From assembly GCA_017654855.1 (NCBI GenBank), contig CM030337.1, positions 1,674,001 to 1,738,000 on the forward strand: a stretch of 64,000 nucleotides of DNA. The letters run 5' to 3'. Of this stretch, positions 12,941 through 26,497 are shown piece after piece. The stretch is from Podospora anserina (lineage: Eukaryota). The stretch's first letter is position 1. Every line of letters begins with the position of its first letter. The translations under genes were made by a program, and so were the position numbers. Under the pieces are notes generated by a model that saw only the letters and a program-made list of their open reading frames with translations, was not told the origin of the DNA and did not search any database.

Positions 12941-13613
12941 AGTGGTTAACCAACTGGTATCGACTTTTGGGAGGGTGTAAGAGGGTGTTTACTCTGGGAT
13001 GGGCTTGGTAGCATGGGGAAAATAGACTGAGGATTTGTCCTATGGGCATAATTTATGTTTTGTTATGCTAAAAGCCTTTTGTGAATTCATCAAGCGTTAG
13101 GTATACTTGAAAGCACGGAATGGAAATGCAGTGTGGTGTGTACATCGATCGTGGGTATCAGATGTGTCTTCCATTATGACTATCAGGTCTCCATCTTGAA
13201 CGGGCAGGCAATTTCATCTTCTGTGCCTTCATTGTCTCAACGGGTGTCTGGCAAAGACACAAAGGGACCAGCTTTTTGAGCGCCAACAAGAAGCACCTTT
13301 CATACAGCATTCATAGCCCCCGTTTAGACTCCCATGCAGGTATCCTTCGCTGTTTCCAAACAAACCTAGTAACAGGTCTCCGTCTTACTTTGTTCCTTGC
13401 GGTGCCCTCTTTTGCTGGTTCTTGTTCGTGTCTCATCCGTCATTAATTGTGTAATGTTGATAGGGGTGTCAAGGAAATAGCAGTGAATGTCTGCCGCTTC
13501 TCTGCGGAGTTGGAAGTGTGGTGTATGTAAGCAAAGGGAAATAAATAGAAGAGAGTGTTGTGCAATGTGTCGCCGGTCCATCTCGAATGATGAATCCTGT
13601 TCTGTCCAGGGCT

Positions 13614-14444
13614 TTACTGCCTCCCCTTCCCCTTTGCCCGTCCCTTCCCCTTCCACCGCTTCGTCTGAACCCTCTCCTCATCAATCGTGTCCTCCTCCTT
13701 TGGCGTAGGGAGCTCCTTTTCCACCATCACCTCTGTCTGCTTTTCCCCGTCACCAATCTCGACCTCGTTGTCACTGATGACGTCTTCCTCTTGCCTGTAT
13801 CCTTGGTCGTCACCCTCTGCTGTGCGCGCCCTTTCCAAGCGGTCGCTGTCGACTGGACTCCTTTCTACCCTCCCCTCTTTTTCTGTTCTCTCTTCCAGCT
13901 TCCTCTGTTTTTCTTGCTCCTTTGCAGCTTTTTTCTCCTCTCTGCCAGCCTGCCACTCATATTTCTTTTCTTTGGCCACGTAGGCGGATGACTTTACAAC
14001 ACCTAACATGAGTCGGATCCCAAGACCGAAATGAAGCCAGGCTTGTCTGAGATGGTCTTTCGACTCGGCGTAGTTGGCGCGGGCGGCGGCTGCTCGTTTG
14101 CGGGTGCGGTAGGCTTTTTCGGTGCGGGAGGCTTGTCTGAGTTGGGCGGAGATCTGGCGGGTTTGGAGGGCTAGGGCGGCCTCAGTGCCGGAGGTTCCGG
14201 CTGTCCCGGGGCGTTGACGGGTTTTGGGGATGTTGAGGGGGGGAGATGGGGGGAGGGTGGAGGGGATGCCGGCGGGGAGGGGGAGGGAGAGGGGTTTGGA
14301 TTGGTAGTTTGGGGGTTTGGGAGGGGGAGGGGAGCGGGATTGGGGGGTGAGGAAGGGGAGGGAGGGAGAAGGAGAACGGGAGGAGAGGGAGGAGGGGGGG
14401 ATGGGGTTTATTGTTGAGGGAGGTGGTTGGCGTCTGCGGAACAT
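13614..14444 (-). CDS. Hypothetical protein (Pro-rich N-terminus, charged coiled-coil C-terminus)
   Basis: Long ORF from ATG 14444 (MFRRRQ) with coding-like composition; no recognised domain. Confidence 0.6.
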   Translation of the reverse strand: MFRRRQPPPSTINPIPPSSLSSRSPSPSLPFLTPQSRSPPPPKPPNYQSKPLSLPLPAGIPSTLPPSPPLNIPKTRQRPGTAGTSGTEAALALQTRQISAQLRQASRTEKAYRTRKRAAAARANYAESKDHLRQAWLHFGLGIRLMLGVVKSSAYVAKEKKYEWQAGREEKKAAKEQEKQRKLEERTEKEGRVERSPVDSDRLERARTAEGDDQGYRQEEDVISDNEVEIGDGEKQTEVMVEKELPTPKEEDTIDEERVQTKRWKGKGRAKGKGRQ

Positions 14445-15843
14445 GGTGGTGGTGATGTGAGGTGCTGGTGCAAGTCGAGTAGGTTCCAGGGATGATGGCA
14501 ACCTGGTTGGACGGAGCGATGAGAGCAGGATGATCTGCGAACTATGTGTTGATTTATATGATCACTTGGAACAGAAGAAGCAAGGAGGGACCAAAAGGCT
14601 GATGGGAAACACTGTGGCGCTTGATTTATATCTTCATTGTCCACCACATATGTCGTGCCTCTGACATCGCGGTGACACCGAAAACGACCCTGCTAACCAC
14701 ACAACGCTAGACACGTCTGTCAATCCTCCGATAGTTCATCCCATCATGAACGCCCAAGGAAACCCTAGAGGGATCGAATTCATGCGGTTCGTCATGCTGA
14801 CCCCTGGCGGTTAACCTCGTCGTCGTCAGTTTCAGCTGCCCGCCGGGTGCCGCCAGGTGTAACACTGGCAGAGCATGAGAATCCAATCAAATCAATGGCA
14901 CCTCACAACCCGGTACTTGCAGCCCTCATCAGGCCAACGAGGATGGAATTAGCAGAAGTTGTGCAACGTCAAAACGACCGGTTCCTGCCTTGCCACACCC
15001 ACCCTCCAAGAGAAAAAAGAACCCGGAAATCTGGAAAGGGGTGCGTGATATGGAACCGTCATCAGCGGGTAGAAAGCCGTGGTGGTCCCCAGAAACCGTT
15101 GGAAACAAAACAAAAAAAATAGATGCCAGATGGTGTCAAAACAGATTCAACCCCACGTTGGGCCGGGGTTTATTTTCTAGTATCGATAATCGCCAACGAT
15201 AAACCAATTGGAAAAAGCCGTTCGTCCCTATCTGCGGGTACGCTGAAGTGTCCGCTCGCTGCCGACTGGTCCAGCAGAATCGTCAAAGGTCCCCTACAAA
15301 CCCGCGAGCCCACAAAGCTCAAGCAGAGCCAGAGGGAAGTGCATGTGAAATAAAAGCAGGAACCCCAGACTTTGAAGCGACGGGGCGGATCTATCTCCAA
15401 GACCATCATCTCCAAAACAGCAACTGCCGGCGACAACCTGGGATTTCTGTGACATCAGACTGCAAAACCTGTTCCCCAGCAAAAGACCAAACACAAAGCC
15501 GATAGGCCAGACCCTCGGGGATACCACCGGCATAGCCTGGAACAGAAAACTGTCTACCACACCGCGTGCAGACACGGCACAGCAACACCCAAACCTAAAT
15601 TGTTCTTGGCGCGGGAACGTGGGCGGTTTGGTTTGTCTTTGCCATCACACGACCAACCCGTTGCTTCGAACTCGCTCTCTTTTTGCCCCTCCCTCCCTCT
15701 TCCTCACCTATAACCTCGAACCCCCATCTCAACCCTCACACCACAAACTCGGTGATGGTCTCGGGGCCAGGAAAGCTCAACCTTGGTCTCTGCTTGTAAA
15801 TCGGTCTTCAACACCGACGACAAAACGCCGAGAGAAATCAGTC

Positions 15844-18800
15844 ATGAGTACAACTACTGCCATTGATGACCCTGCGGGGCTCAAAACCACACGCCAACGC
15901 AACAACCAACCCCAACAGTCCGAGATCCCCTTGCCCTCGCCGTCCATTAGTGATGTCGACTCCGATTCGAACAAGGGCGATGACCACCGAGACGCCCATG
16001 TGAAAAAGGCATACGGCCGAACTCCAGATGGAACGGGTATGCACACTCTACTCTCTCCGTCCCAAGTCTTTCTCTCCCAGGAGGCCCAACTCCTGGACCC
16101 CTCTTCCCCTAACCTGCCCTACTGCAAGGTGCTGTAAGCTGTAAAAAAATAAAAATAGGATGCAAGTGCTAATCATGACGACCATCCGTAGTCTTCGTCG
16201 TGCCCGAGACCCATGACATGGTCTCCCAATTATTAGACCCTCGCGAACCCAAGAACCTGTCCGATTACATTGTCCTCGGTGTTCTCGCCCTGCATATTTG
16301 GCTCGCTTGGGCTGTGCCAGCGCCCTATAACAAGTACCTGCTCGGATTTGCGTTTACCTTCTGGAGACTTGCATACAATGCTGGGATCGGCTATCTGTTG
16401 ACTGTTCAGTCAAAATACACTCTCCTTGTCACCTGGGCTCGTCGGTTAAGGGCTTTTGAACAACCCGCCACCAACCCGCGGCCATGGCTTTACAACCTCC
16501 TCAAGACGGAGCTCGAGACCAAGATCCCCAAGGACTACAAGATGGATGAGGCTCCGATCGAGTACAACACCTGGCTTGCTTTCCGTCGCATTGTCGATCT
16601 GATCCTGATGTGCGACTTTGTGTCGTACTGCCTGTTCGCCATTGTCTGTGCCCACACGCCTGAGGATGAGGGGTTGGGCATGCTTCTTGGCCGTTGGGTC
16701 GGGGGTATTGCGCTTGTTGGCTTCAACCTTTGGGTCAAGCTGGATGCGCACAGAGTGGTGAAGGACTATGCCTGGTACTGGGGCGGTAAGTGAACTTGCG
16801 CTTGGAAATGAGGGTTGCAGTTGGTTGCTGACTGCCTTCTAGACTTCTTCTATCTGATCGAGCAGGAACTGACTTTCGATGGCGTCTTCGAGATGGCCCC
16901 CCATCCCATGTACTCCATTGGCTACGCTGGATACTACGGCATCTCGATGATGGCTGCTAGCTACGATGTTCTCTTCATCTCTATCGCTGCCCACGCTCTC
17001 CAGTTTGTCTTCTTGGCCTTTGTCGAGAATCCTCACATCGAAAAGACCTACAACCCGCCACCCCCACGTCTCCGGGCCGAATCCGAGATTGGCAGCCAGA
17101 CCGAGGCCGATGCTTTGGTCACCAAGGAGCTTAACGGGAACTCTGATATCCCCCAGCCTGTTCACAACATGATTGGAAGCTTCGATCTCTTCAGAGTGAC
17201 CGACGCTTCCTCCCTCATCATTGTTGCCTGCTTCATCGCCTTGACGGTTGTCACTCCCACCACCCGCACTTACCAGACTCTGGCTGTTGTGAACGCTATC
17301 TTCTGGCGTCTCTGGTACTCTGTTGGTTTGGGCTACATCTTGAAGAAGCAATCCGAAAAGAAGATGTATACCAGGCACTTCCTCAAGTTTGGCGAGAGCA
17401 CCGGCGAGGCCTGGAGACAGTGGAAGGGCCTGTACCACATCAGCATGATTCTCTGCCACGTCTCGTTCTTGACCGCCTGCTGGAAGATGTACACCTACCC
17501 TGAGGATTGGAGCTACGGTTCTGTTCTCCTGAAGCATGTGATTGGTGTCAGTCTGATTGCTCTTCAGCTTTGGACATCCTCTAGCATCTACGAGTCTCTT
17601 GGCGAGTTTGGCTGGTTCTATGGTGATTTCTTCTTCGAGAGCCCCCGCCCACCCACGTACAACTCAATCTACCGTTTCCTCAACAACCCGGAGCGTGTGC
17701 TTGGTGCTGCTGGTTTCTGGGGCTTGGCTCTCATTACCTGGAGCAAGGCTGTTTTCGTCATGGCGCTTGTCAGCCAGCTTTTGATGCTGGGATTCATTTC
17801 GTTTGTCGAGAAGCCTCACATGCAAAAGATCTACGGCCAGAACCTCCGCAAGGAGGCCGGTCTTACCAAGTTTGTCAAGAAGTCACTTCCCGCCCCTGTC
17901 AAGAGATGGCAACAGGGTGTCGACAAGGTCCTCGATGAGACCAAGCACTTTGCTGAGGACTTCATTGATGCCGCCCTTACCAGACTTTCTGCCGGCTCTT
18001 CCAACTTCGTCAAGGACACCACCGCTCTCTTCCACAAGCCCCTCCGTCTCTCTATCAACCGTATCGACCGCGATCTTGCTGGATATGACCCCAAGCACTA
18101 CAAGCTTTCCGTGGAGGGCGAGCAGCTGATTGCTCCTGATGAGAAGGCTACCCGGAAGGAAAGTGCCGATGCTCGCGTCCCCAAGGATGTCAAAACCAAG
18201 GTTTTCCAGTATGGCGCTCCCATTCGTGTCAAGTGGACAGCTCCTGCCAACCACAGCAAGAAGGACTGGGTTGGTCTCTACTTGGTCACCGACAACCGCA
18301 ACAGGGATTTCACTGAAGTGCCATCCCTCGGCCGCTGGATCCCCACGTGCCGCGGCCAGTACGACACCACCACTGACGAAGGCATTGTTTCGTATGATGA
18401 AAAGGTCAAGTCGGAAGGTGTTGAGGGCCCTCTTGTACAGGGCGAGATGGTATTCGAGGGTGACAAGCTTTGGTGGACACAGGGCGTGTACGAGTTCAGA
18501 TACCACCACCACGGCAAGCACAACGTCATGTCGATCTCGGAGCCGTTCGAGGTCCGCATTCCGTTGGTTGTGAAGGAGGGTACCGAGCTCACCATTGAGG
18601 AAGCCGAGAACGCCCTGCTGCCTATTGTACGGAACTGCCTTGACCGCGACCCAGAAATCGCGCCAGAGACTGTTGACGAGCCATGGGGTGCTCATGTTGA
18701 ACGGGATGGCAAGTATGCCGAGAGAGTGGTGTATGCCATTCGTGAGATGTTTGCCATTGAGTTCTCGCCGGCGGTGGTGCCAGCAGATGGGAACGTCAAG

Positions 18801-18964
18801 AAGTTGGCGTGGAGGGTGGTTAACGGAAGAATTGCTCTTGTAAGCTTCTTTTCTTCAATTGGTCAAGCAGTGCCAGCTTGCTAACGACACTTCAACAGGC
18901 GCCATATAGTATGTCATTACAATCAAGAAGACCGCCAACACCCGTTGCCGACAGTTACAAATAA
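15844..18964 (+). CDS. CHO2: Phosphatidylethanolamine N-methyltransferase (4 exons)
   Basis: Exons 15844-16036, 16192-16785, 16843-18839, 18899-18964; [48 protein letters not shown] and second PEMT repeat [13 protein letters not shown]. Confidence 0.95.
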
Positions 18965-19419
18965 ACGGGATGTTATGGTGGGAGCAGAGGATGAAACGGG
19001 TTGCACATGATGGACTTTTCTCTCTCTTCATTTTGCATGACTGGAAGAAGGGGGTTGTGATTAGACAAATTACTATCTAGATGCATGAGATACCACGGGT
19101 GTTGGGCGGTTGTTTGCACCAAAAATTGGCGTTGTTTTTGGGCTTGGGGGGGCGTGTGAAGATAGTCATGGCAGGTTACGTAAAGCTGCTCATGAATGCA
19201 GAGGAGGATGAGGGGAGAGTGAGATGAATATGCGAGATTGGATTCGGAAGGGAAATTATTAGGTAGAGCGTGGAAAACAATATGGTAGATTTGCCAGCAA
19301 CGGTGTACCTTATATCATCACAATATTGCGATGGCATTTGAGGGGCTTTGTAACTCACGGTTCTGGCCAGAACCGTTGGTTTAGAGATGAGGCCTTGTGG
19401 TGATGAATACTGCTAGCAA

Positions 19420-19683
19420 TTATGGCCAGTCAAGAACAAGTTTCATGGGCTGAACAGGAACCCACTCATTGAACGGAACGATTGCCTCCAAGCGATCCAA
19501 CTTTGGGGGTGGTGTATGGATGGTAGGTATGTATATCTTACCGATCTGGTAAGTTGTCTTTCCAGTGTTTGTAAAGATGACATCCCTTTTGACTTGATCC
19601 GTTCTTTCTTGGTACGGGTATGGAGCCAAAGTTCTGTGCGTTAATGATACTCTCCAAGCTTCCCCATAAAAACCCACAGACAT
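19420..19683 (-). CDS. Small hypothetical protein (87 aa)
   Basis: ATG-initiated ORF with globular-looking composition; TATAAATA on the minus strand at about 19943-19950. Confidence 0.3.
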   Translation of the reverse strand: MSVGFYGEAWRVSLTHRTLAPYPYQERTDQVKRDVIFTNTGKTTYQIGKIYIPTIHTPPPKLDRLEAIVPFNEWVPVQPMKLVLDWP

Positions 19684-21761
19684 TCTTTTACGGGAAGATC
19701 AGGATCTGGGGGTTGTGGAATGCTACGTGATGATGATGGACCCTGAAAGATATGGACCCTGAAGATCGTTGATTGACAGACATGTTCTGTACCTCCCTTG
19801 CTTCACATTTTGACGGAATTATAGATCTGCAGAGAACTTTCGGCTAGAGGGTTGAAACGGACATGGTGAGATTATGGAGTGTGCGGGTATGCATGTTGTG
19901 CAGGTGAGGCGAGACGGCTCGCCTAGAGGGAGGTATGGGGCTTATTTATAGAGTGAAGTTGAGGGGCAGAAGGGCATACATGAGATTTGGGGGCTTCAAC
20001 CGGTTGTTGTGGTGATTCGTTGATGCACCATGAAAGGTGTCGCAGCAACTCGAGGGTTCAGAATTGTTGATTGGGTGAGTGATGAGTAACTGGTAACAGC
20101 ACCCTCACATCCCCAAATCTACTCACGTCCCTGCAATCTTATGCCCATGTTGTAGATATCGCATGTACCTGATGCTCACATTGTAGCCCACAAGACGACG
20201 TCCTCGAGGCTGAGACTATGATCGTATCAAGATCACCACAAAGGTGCGTTAGTACATGCCCCTGGGCAAATAAATGCGGGGGAAAAAGGGCCAGGAACTA
20301 GGTCCGGGGGTGTACGGGTAGTCAATGTTTCACAAACGGCTCACGTCTCATGTAATTTCCGCATATAGTGTTATACATAAATAGTCTTGCAAATTGACCA
20401 AACCATCGACAATAGAACGTCCCGCTATTTTGGTGTTTATGTGGTTCTATCATATGCGAATGACTGATCTCGGGGTTGAAAGTCGTCCCTTTTTCGTTGC
20501 TCAAGTGGGGAAACAATGCAGGGACAGGGGTTGAGATTCTGAAACGCCAAGGAACCAACGGGATGTAATGGTTTCTGGGGGTGGGATTTCAAGATCAATC
20601 GCATATCGAGCTGGTTTGCAGATCTTCAGGGTTGCTAGTGCGAAAGTTGTAACCAAAACACTACGACGACGAGATATTATGATGGATGGGGAGATCACAC
20701 CGAAAGGAAGGATATGAAGGAACGTCCAGGGACCTTCTTACTGTGATTAGAGGCTCGCTCATCGACTTGAAACATGCATCGTGGTGGAAGCGGCAGCGAA
20801 TGTGTAACCCGTGCCCTATTTTGTGTCGGTACCTTGATTCGGCGAATTACACCAGGGCGGCAGTTCCATCTTTGGCCAGACGATATTGGCTGTATCCGAA
20901 TGTTTGTATGGTGCGGTAAGTAAGGATGACGACGTGGTGTGTGTGTGCGAGGTGAGCCGGACGTTGAGCGTGGTGAGCGGATTGGTCTGCTGGGTGTTGT
21001 GCAACGTCCGAAGAAGCCTGCGTTGCTGTTTATATATCTCAAGATGGGATGTCGTTGCTGATCCCAGCCGACAGCAGCCGCCGACAAGCAACCGCGCCGC
21101 CGACCATCAGACGTTTAATTCTCGTTCTTAGTTTGTCGGTGTGGTATCGCAATGGAAATGCTGGCCAGAGGCACAATCCATCAGATGGGAAACACACTGT
21201 TCACCCAGGCCCGCCGTCGTCGTCTATTGATCCCACTGGACAAGCAACCTAGACATGGTCAGCAAATGTGGCTGAATAGAACGCAGTGCTGGAACATGGA
21301 AGCGTTGCAGTCAAGGCGGCTGGCTCGGGCCCCATATGCAAATATCCTTCTTGCAGGCCATCTGCCGGTGCCGCCAACAGCGTTGCCAGCAACAAAAGCA
21401 CCAGGACTTGCTGTCCGTCAGCCCTCCCAGGAACTCGGGTGTGCAACATCACGTCTGCGTGCTCGTGGCACGGCATCAAGCACATCCAGTAAACTAGATG
21501 TCTTCATCACCGGTCAACCCCAGCCTGGCCCTATTGTCGGCGGGTACGGTGTTGTATGCTGTAAACCATGGCTGTCGATTCGTCCAAAGCTGTGAGGAGA
21601 AAACAGCCTGGCCACTGACATAAAACCTTTCGGAAAGGATTCGGGCTGCTCTGCCGAAGTCGCGAGAGGTGAGGGTTGGACAAACAAGCTCAGATGGCGG
21701 GGCAAGGATGGAAGAACAGTGATTAGCTACGCAGAAAGCCGAAATGAATACATATGCATGT

Positions 21762-21766
<5 letters not shown>

Positions 21767-21792
<26 letters not shown>
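21767..21792. repeat. (GA)13 microsatellite
   Basis: Perfect GA dinucleotide run. Confidence 0.95.
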
Positions 21793-22790
21793 TGTTCTTG
21801 ACATAGGTACTAGATATGGTGAAGTCGGATGGATTGTAGCCAAGACGTAATTGGTTCCCATATGACCCCTGTAGGCTGCCCCTGACCTCCACTAAACCCT
21901 CCCACTAAACCCCTGGGGCTTGGCCCGTTCTCAACAGGGTCATCACTTTCCATCACAACTGCTGCCATTTCCTTGAGCTCTCCCTCTCCCATTTCCAGCT
22001 GCTGGAGCATGCCCTGGCCGGCGGTTGCGACAATTGTGTCCAGTTTGTGCTTCGTGCTCACCCCCCTCCTCTCACCGCGCTTTTGCTCGCTCAGACGCTC
22101 TCTATCATCGCAGCCATCCCACAGCCAGCCATTTCTCAGCTGTCCTGCACCTCACCTGCACCCATCTGCAAACTGCCAGACCTACCAATTGCTCCACTTC
22201 CCCTGCAACGGGCGCACTTGTCCAGGACCTGGCGACTCTCCGTGCCCGCACTTCTCCGCCGAGAGCGACAAGTCAGCCCGACGCTCCCATCTTTCCATCG
22301 CCGTCGCCCCTCTCCGAGCCTCTCTGGACTCGTCCGTTCTTGTCTAAGTAATCCTTCTCTCCACCGACCGACTGTTGCCTGTCGCCGGTGCCATCCTCGG
22401 CATTGACACTGTGCCCTCGGTCTGCCGGCACGAACCGTCGATCCTCACGTCCAACAAATAATTCTCAACGCTCGACGACCCTTTCACGGCGGTCTACGAA
22501 TATATACTCACGAACGAACAACGGGCCGGCCTTTGCCTTTGTTGACCCCTCCACACTCCCGCCTCGGCCGTTGCAAGAAAACACCATCGGACAGATACTC
22601 CTTTTTTCTTCTTTCTTTTTTGATTTGTTTTTTGGATTGTGACAAGTGATCCTGTTTATGCGATACTAGGGTGCTGTTGGCTGCCATCCCACCGCTCTGC
22701 CTTGATCGTACTTGATGCTGGATCCTCCATCACCTCGGGCCACCACCGAGAGAACGCAACAAAACAAGAGAAACCATATATAACATAGCC

Positions 22791-25700
22791 ATGGATGACT
22801 ACCTGGATAGCCCCATGGAGACGGAGGATGTCTTCCCCTGCAAAGGGTGCGGAGAGGTAGGTTTCGCCTCCGCCTTGAAATCAGAGTCTTGGCCACGTCT
22901 AATACATGATAGATCCTCGAGGAGGGCAAAGCCTTTGAATTGGGTATGATGTTCCAACTCTATAAAGGGGCTCGGATGGTGCTGACACTTTGCGCTACAG
23001 CTGGAAACCGATGGCATCTTGACTGCTTTCGTTGCAACACATGTAACACGCTACTCGACTCGGATGCGAACCTGCTCCTGCTTGGAGATGGTTCCCTCAT
23101 CTGCAACAACTGCACCTACAGCTGCAGCGCTTGCAATAATAAGATTGAAGACCTTGCCATCCTAACCGGAGACCAGGCCTTTTGTGCAAGCTGCTTCCGC
23201 TGCAGGAACTGCAAGAGGAAGATCGAGAACCTGCGATATGCCCGCACATCACACGGCATCTTTTGCATGAACTGCCACGAGTCCCTCATGGCAAGACGAC
23301 GCAAGAAATCAAAAGCAGCAGCTCAAGCAAAACAACGAGAAAAGGATGCGTCGCCCATGATCACAGACAAGTCCCTGCCCGCCTTGCCGCCAAACGCCGT
23401 CCCTCCTATAGCGTTCTCGGGCGATAGGGCAACCCCCGACTCCGACACGCCTACCGAGTTGTCGCCGCGTCCTCGCAATGCATATGGCGGCATCAACGAG
23501 TCGTCTTCGCGCAGCGTCTCGAGGAACGAGCTTTCTCCCGAACGAACCCAAGACTCTTCGAAAGAGCCATCGCTTGCGCCACCTCAGCAAAACTATCGGA
23601 ACAACCGAAACTCGACCATTCTTTCTGGCGATATGAACATCGGAGATGGCGAAGGATTCTTCATCCCGGTAGCGCTGGATCCCAGCCCTGCCCCTTCACT
23701 GACGCCACAGTCCATGTCCGATACTTTTACCGACTCGAGCAGGAGGAAACAGGAGAGAGATTACTTCAGTGCACCGAAGCCAAGTCCATCCCAGGACAAG
23801 AGATCGGAATCCGCAGCATCCACGCCCCATATCGCTTTCCAAGAAAAAGGCAGACAACCGTCGTCCGACTATGAAGTACCACAATACGAAAGACCAGCGA
23901 GGAAGCTTTCGAAGCGGAACGGCAAACCCCAGACATCGCCAGGAATTGGCGAGGAAAGGAGGCCTTCGAATGGGAGGACACCCACAAACGATGAGTTCAA
24001 ACTGCAGGACGCCCCCAAGAGCAAAAAGCTTGTCAACTCCAGGAGTAATTCTTTGTCGGGTGGTTCTATCGACGCTTCAGCTCCTACAAGACCACCGCCA
24101 GCACCGTCCAGAAACAAGGAACCGCTTTCAAACACTGCCAGCAACAACTCGCCGTCTCCTTCGAATTTGTCCGAAAGAGTTACGCCTCCCCGAGCTTCTC
24201 AGGACTCCCGGTTGAGGGACGAAGATGCTATCCGGCCATCGATAGATTCACTGTCCAACAGGTCGGATCTTTCTGGGCCCAAGCCGGTAGCGCGCAAAGA
24301 AGTACCACAGCCACCACCTCGGAATGGCGAGCTACAAGTTCGTCCAGCGGCTCCCGAACAAAAACTAAGCGACACCTACATGCAACCACGGGCAGCTCCA
24401 CCGCCGCCGCCGTCACAGGCTGGGCAACGAACACCTAGGGGATCTGTGAGCTCAGTGAATGAGGAAGGGAAGGTATCACCCAAGTTGCCGCGGTGGAGTG
24501 CTGGTGGCGACTTCAGCATGGATGAGGACATGGCTAGAATTCTTGGTACCGACGAGGGCTCTTCATCTATACTGCGCCGTGTGTCCAATGCCGTTCGTCA
24601 CGGGCGACATAATAGTGCCGAAACCGCTACCCACCAGACGAGGGTCGGTCACAGCAGGAGCGTCAGCGAGACGACTCGAGGCACCACTTCGCCCCGTTGG
24701 CCTAGAACGCCAATTGCTGAAGACCCAACGAACGGTGGCCATGTTCCCGACATCAGCAGCCCGATCTCGCTCTCCGGAGCTGCCCATGATGATCCAATGT
24801 TCCTGAAGCGGCAGCTCAGAAACTCGGAGCAGCGCGTTGCAGAACTCGAGCGACAGTTCAACACCGAGAAGGATCTCAAGAACTTAAACAAGAAACTTGT
24901 GGAAAAGAGAAAGACTGTGTCTGTCCTTGATACCCAGACAGAGATTATGATCCGGCAGCTTGAGGTTTTGGCCGGTTATGTGGAGCGGGCAAAGAAGACG
25001 AGCGAACCCCTGGATCCCCGGGAGCTGGAGGAGTCTGCCATCAAAGACTTTGTGCAAAAGCTGGAGAAGGTCAAGCAAAACATGACGGCAGCGATCGAGC
25101 AACTCCACGCTGAGCGGGATGACCTGCTCGAGGAAAGGAATCAAGCCATTGCCGACCGCGACCGCGCCCTTCTCGAGTTTGAGCAGCTTTCGTCCAAGAA
25201 TGCGCAGTTGGCTGATCTGAACAACGATCTTACACACCAAATACAAGAGAGGTTCAAGCAGCAGATCAATAATGGTGATCTCAAGATGCCTCCAAATGGT
25301 CTTGGCATCTACAGCCATTCCAAGGGCTCGTCCTCGGTCAACTTGGATACCGCCAGCATGCAGACTGGAACCACCCTCATGGGCACTGATGCTGAAGAGC
25401 CCATCCTCGAGGGCCCAACAGTGGTGAATATTCGCAAGGGTCAAGTCAAAAAGTTCAACTGGAAAAAGGGGTCAAGCAAGGTTGCGCACAACATCACGAA
25501 GGGCATCAACCGTGCGGCAGGTGCCTTCCAGGCACAAGAAGGCAATCCTCGCATTGGCGCCCCTCAGACGCTGAACAGCGACAGCATTGGCATCCCGTAC
25601 AACATGACGGTCGCTCAGGTCGAGTCACCAGTCACCACGATCCCACCTCCACCGCCACCTATGGGCGTGAACAGAGTCAACACCGACCAGCGTCAAGGTT

Positions 25701-26497
25701 TTGGCTTCTTTGGCAAGAAGCAGCAACAGCAGGCAATGACCAAGTCCCAGTCCATGAACAATGTCCCAGCACCGGCAGCAGCCGAAGCACCAAGCACGTT
25801 GTTCGGATCGGAACTGGTCGAGAGGGCGGATTATGAACGCCGTCAGATACCCAACGTCGTCACGCGCTGCATTGAGGAGGTGGAGCTGCGGGGTATGGAC
25901 ATTGAGGGTATCTACCGGAAAACGGGCGGCAACTCGCAGGTCAAGATGATACAGGAAGGGTTTGACAAGAATGGGGACTTTGACATTTCGGATCCCGACT
26001 TGGACATTACGGCTGTGACGAGCGTGCTGAAACAGTATTTCCGGAAGTTGCCGACGCCGCTGTTGACGTTTGATGTTTATGAGAGGATTTTGGAGAGCAA
26101 CAGTAAGTTTTTTCTTGGGCTCCTTACAGGGAGAGGTAAATGTTGACAGTGGGGAAAGCAATCCAAGACGAGAGCGAGAGGTGCGCGCACATGAGGAGGA
26201 CGATTAATACGCTGCCGCCAAAGCATCGGGACTGTCTGGAGTTTTTGATGTTTCATCTTGCTAGGGTGGCCAGTAGGGAGAGGGAGAATTTGGTATGTCA
26301 TTATTCTTGGTTTGTTTGCTTGAATGTGATGGCTGACGGAGAATGTGTAGATGTCCCCCAAGAACTTGGCCGTGGTGTTTGCGCCGACGATTATGAGGGA
26401 TCACAGTTTGGAGAAGGAGATGACGGACATGCATGTCAAGAATTTGGCGGTGCAGTTTTTGATTGAGAATAGTCATGTTATTTTTGGAGAGGCTTGA
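22791..26497 (+). CDS. LIM-domain Rho GTPase-activating protein (Rga1/Rga2-like; 5 exons)
   Basis: Exons 22791-22856, 22913-22943, 23001-26102, 26159-26292, 26351-26497; two N-terminal LIM domains, coiled coil, RhoGAP domain (EGIYRKTG arginine finger, NLMSPKNLAVVFAPTI). Confidence 0.92.

Noticed and set aside
16839-18695. Long minus-strand ORFs over CHO2
   Set aside because: Shadow ORFs of a codon-biased gene.
20322-22700. Many short overlapping ORFs upstream of the RhoGAP gene
   Set aside because: No domains or codon bias; consistent with a long promoter and pyrimidine-rich 5' leader.
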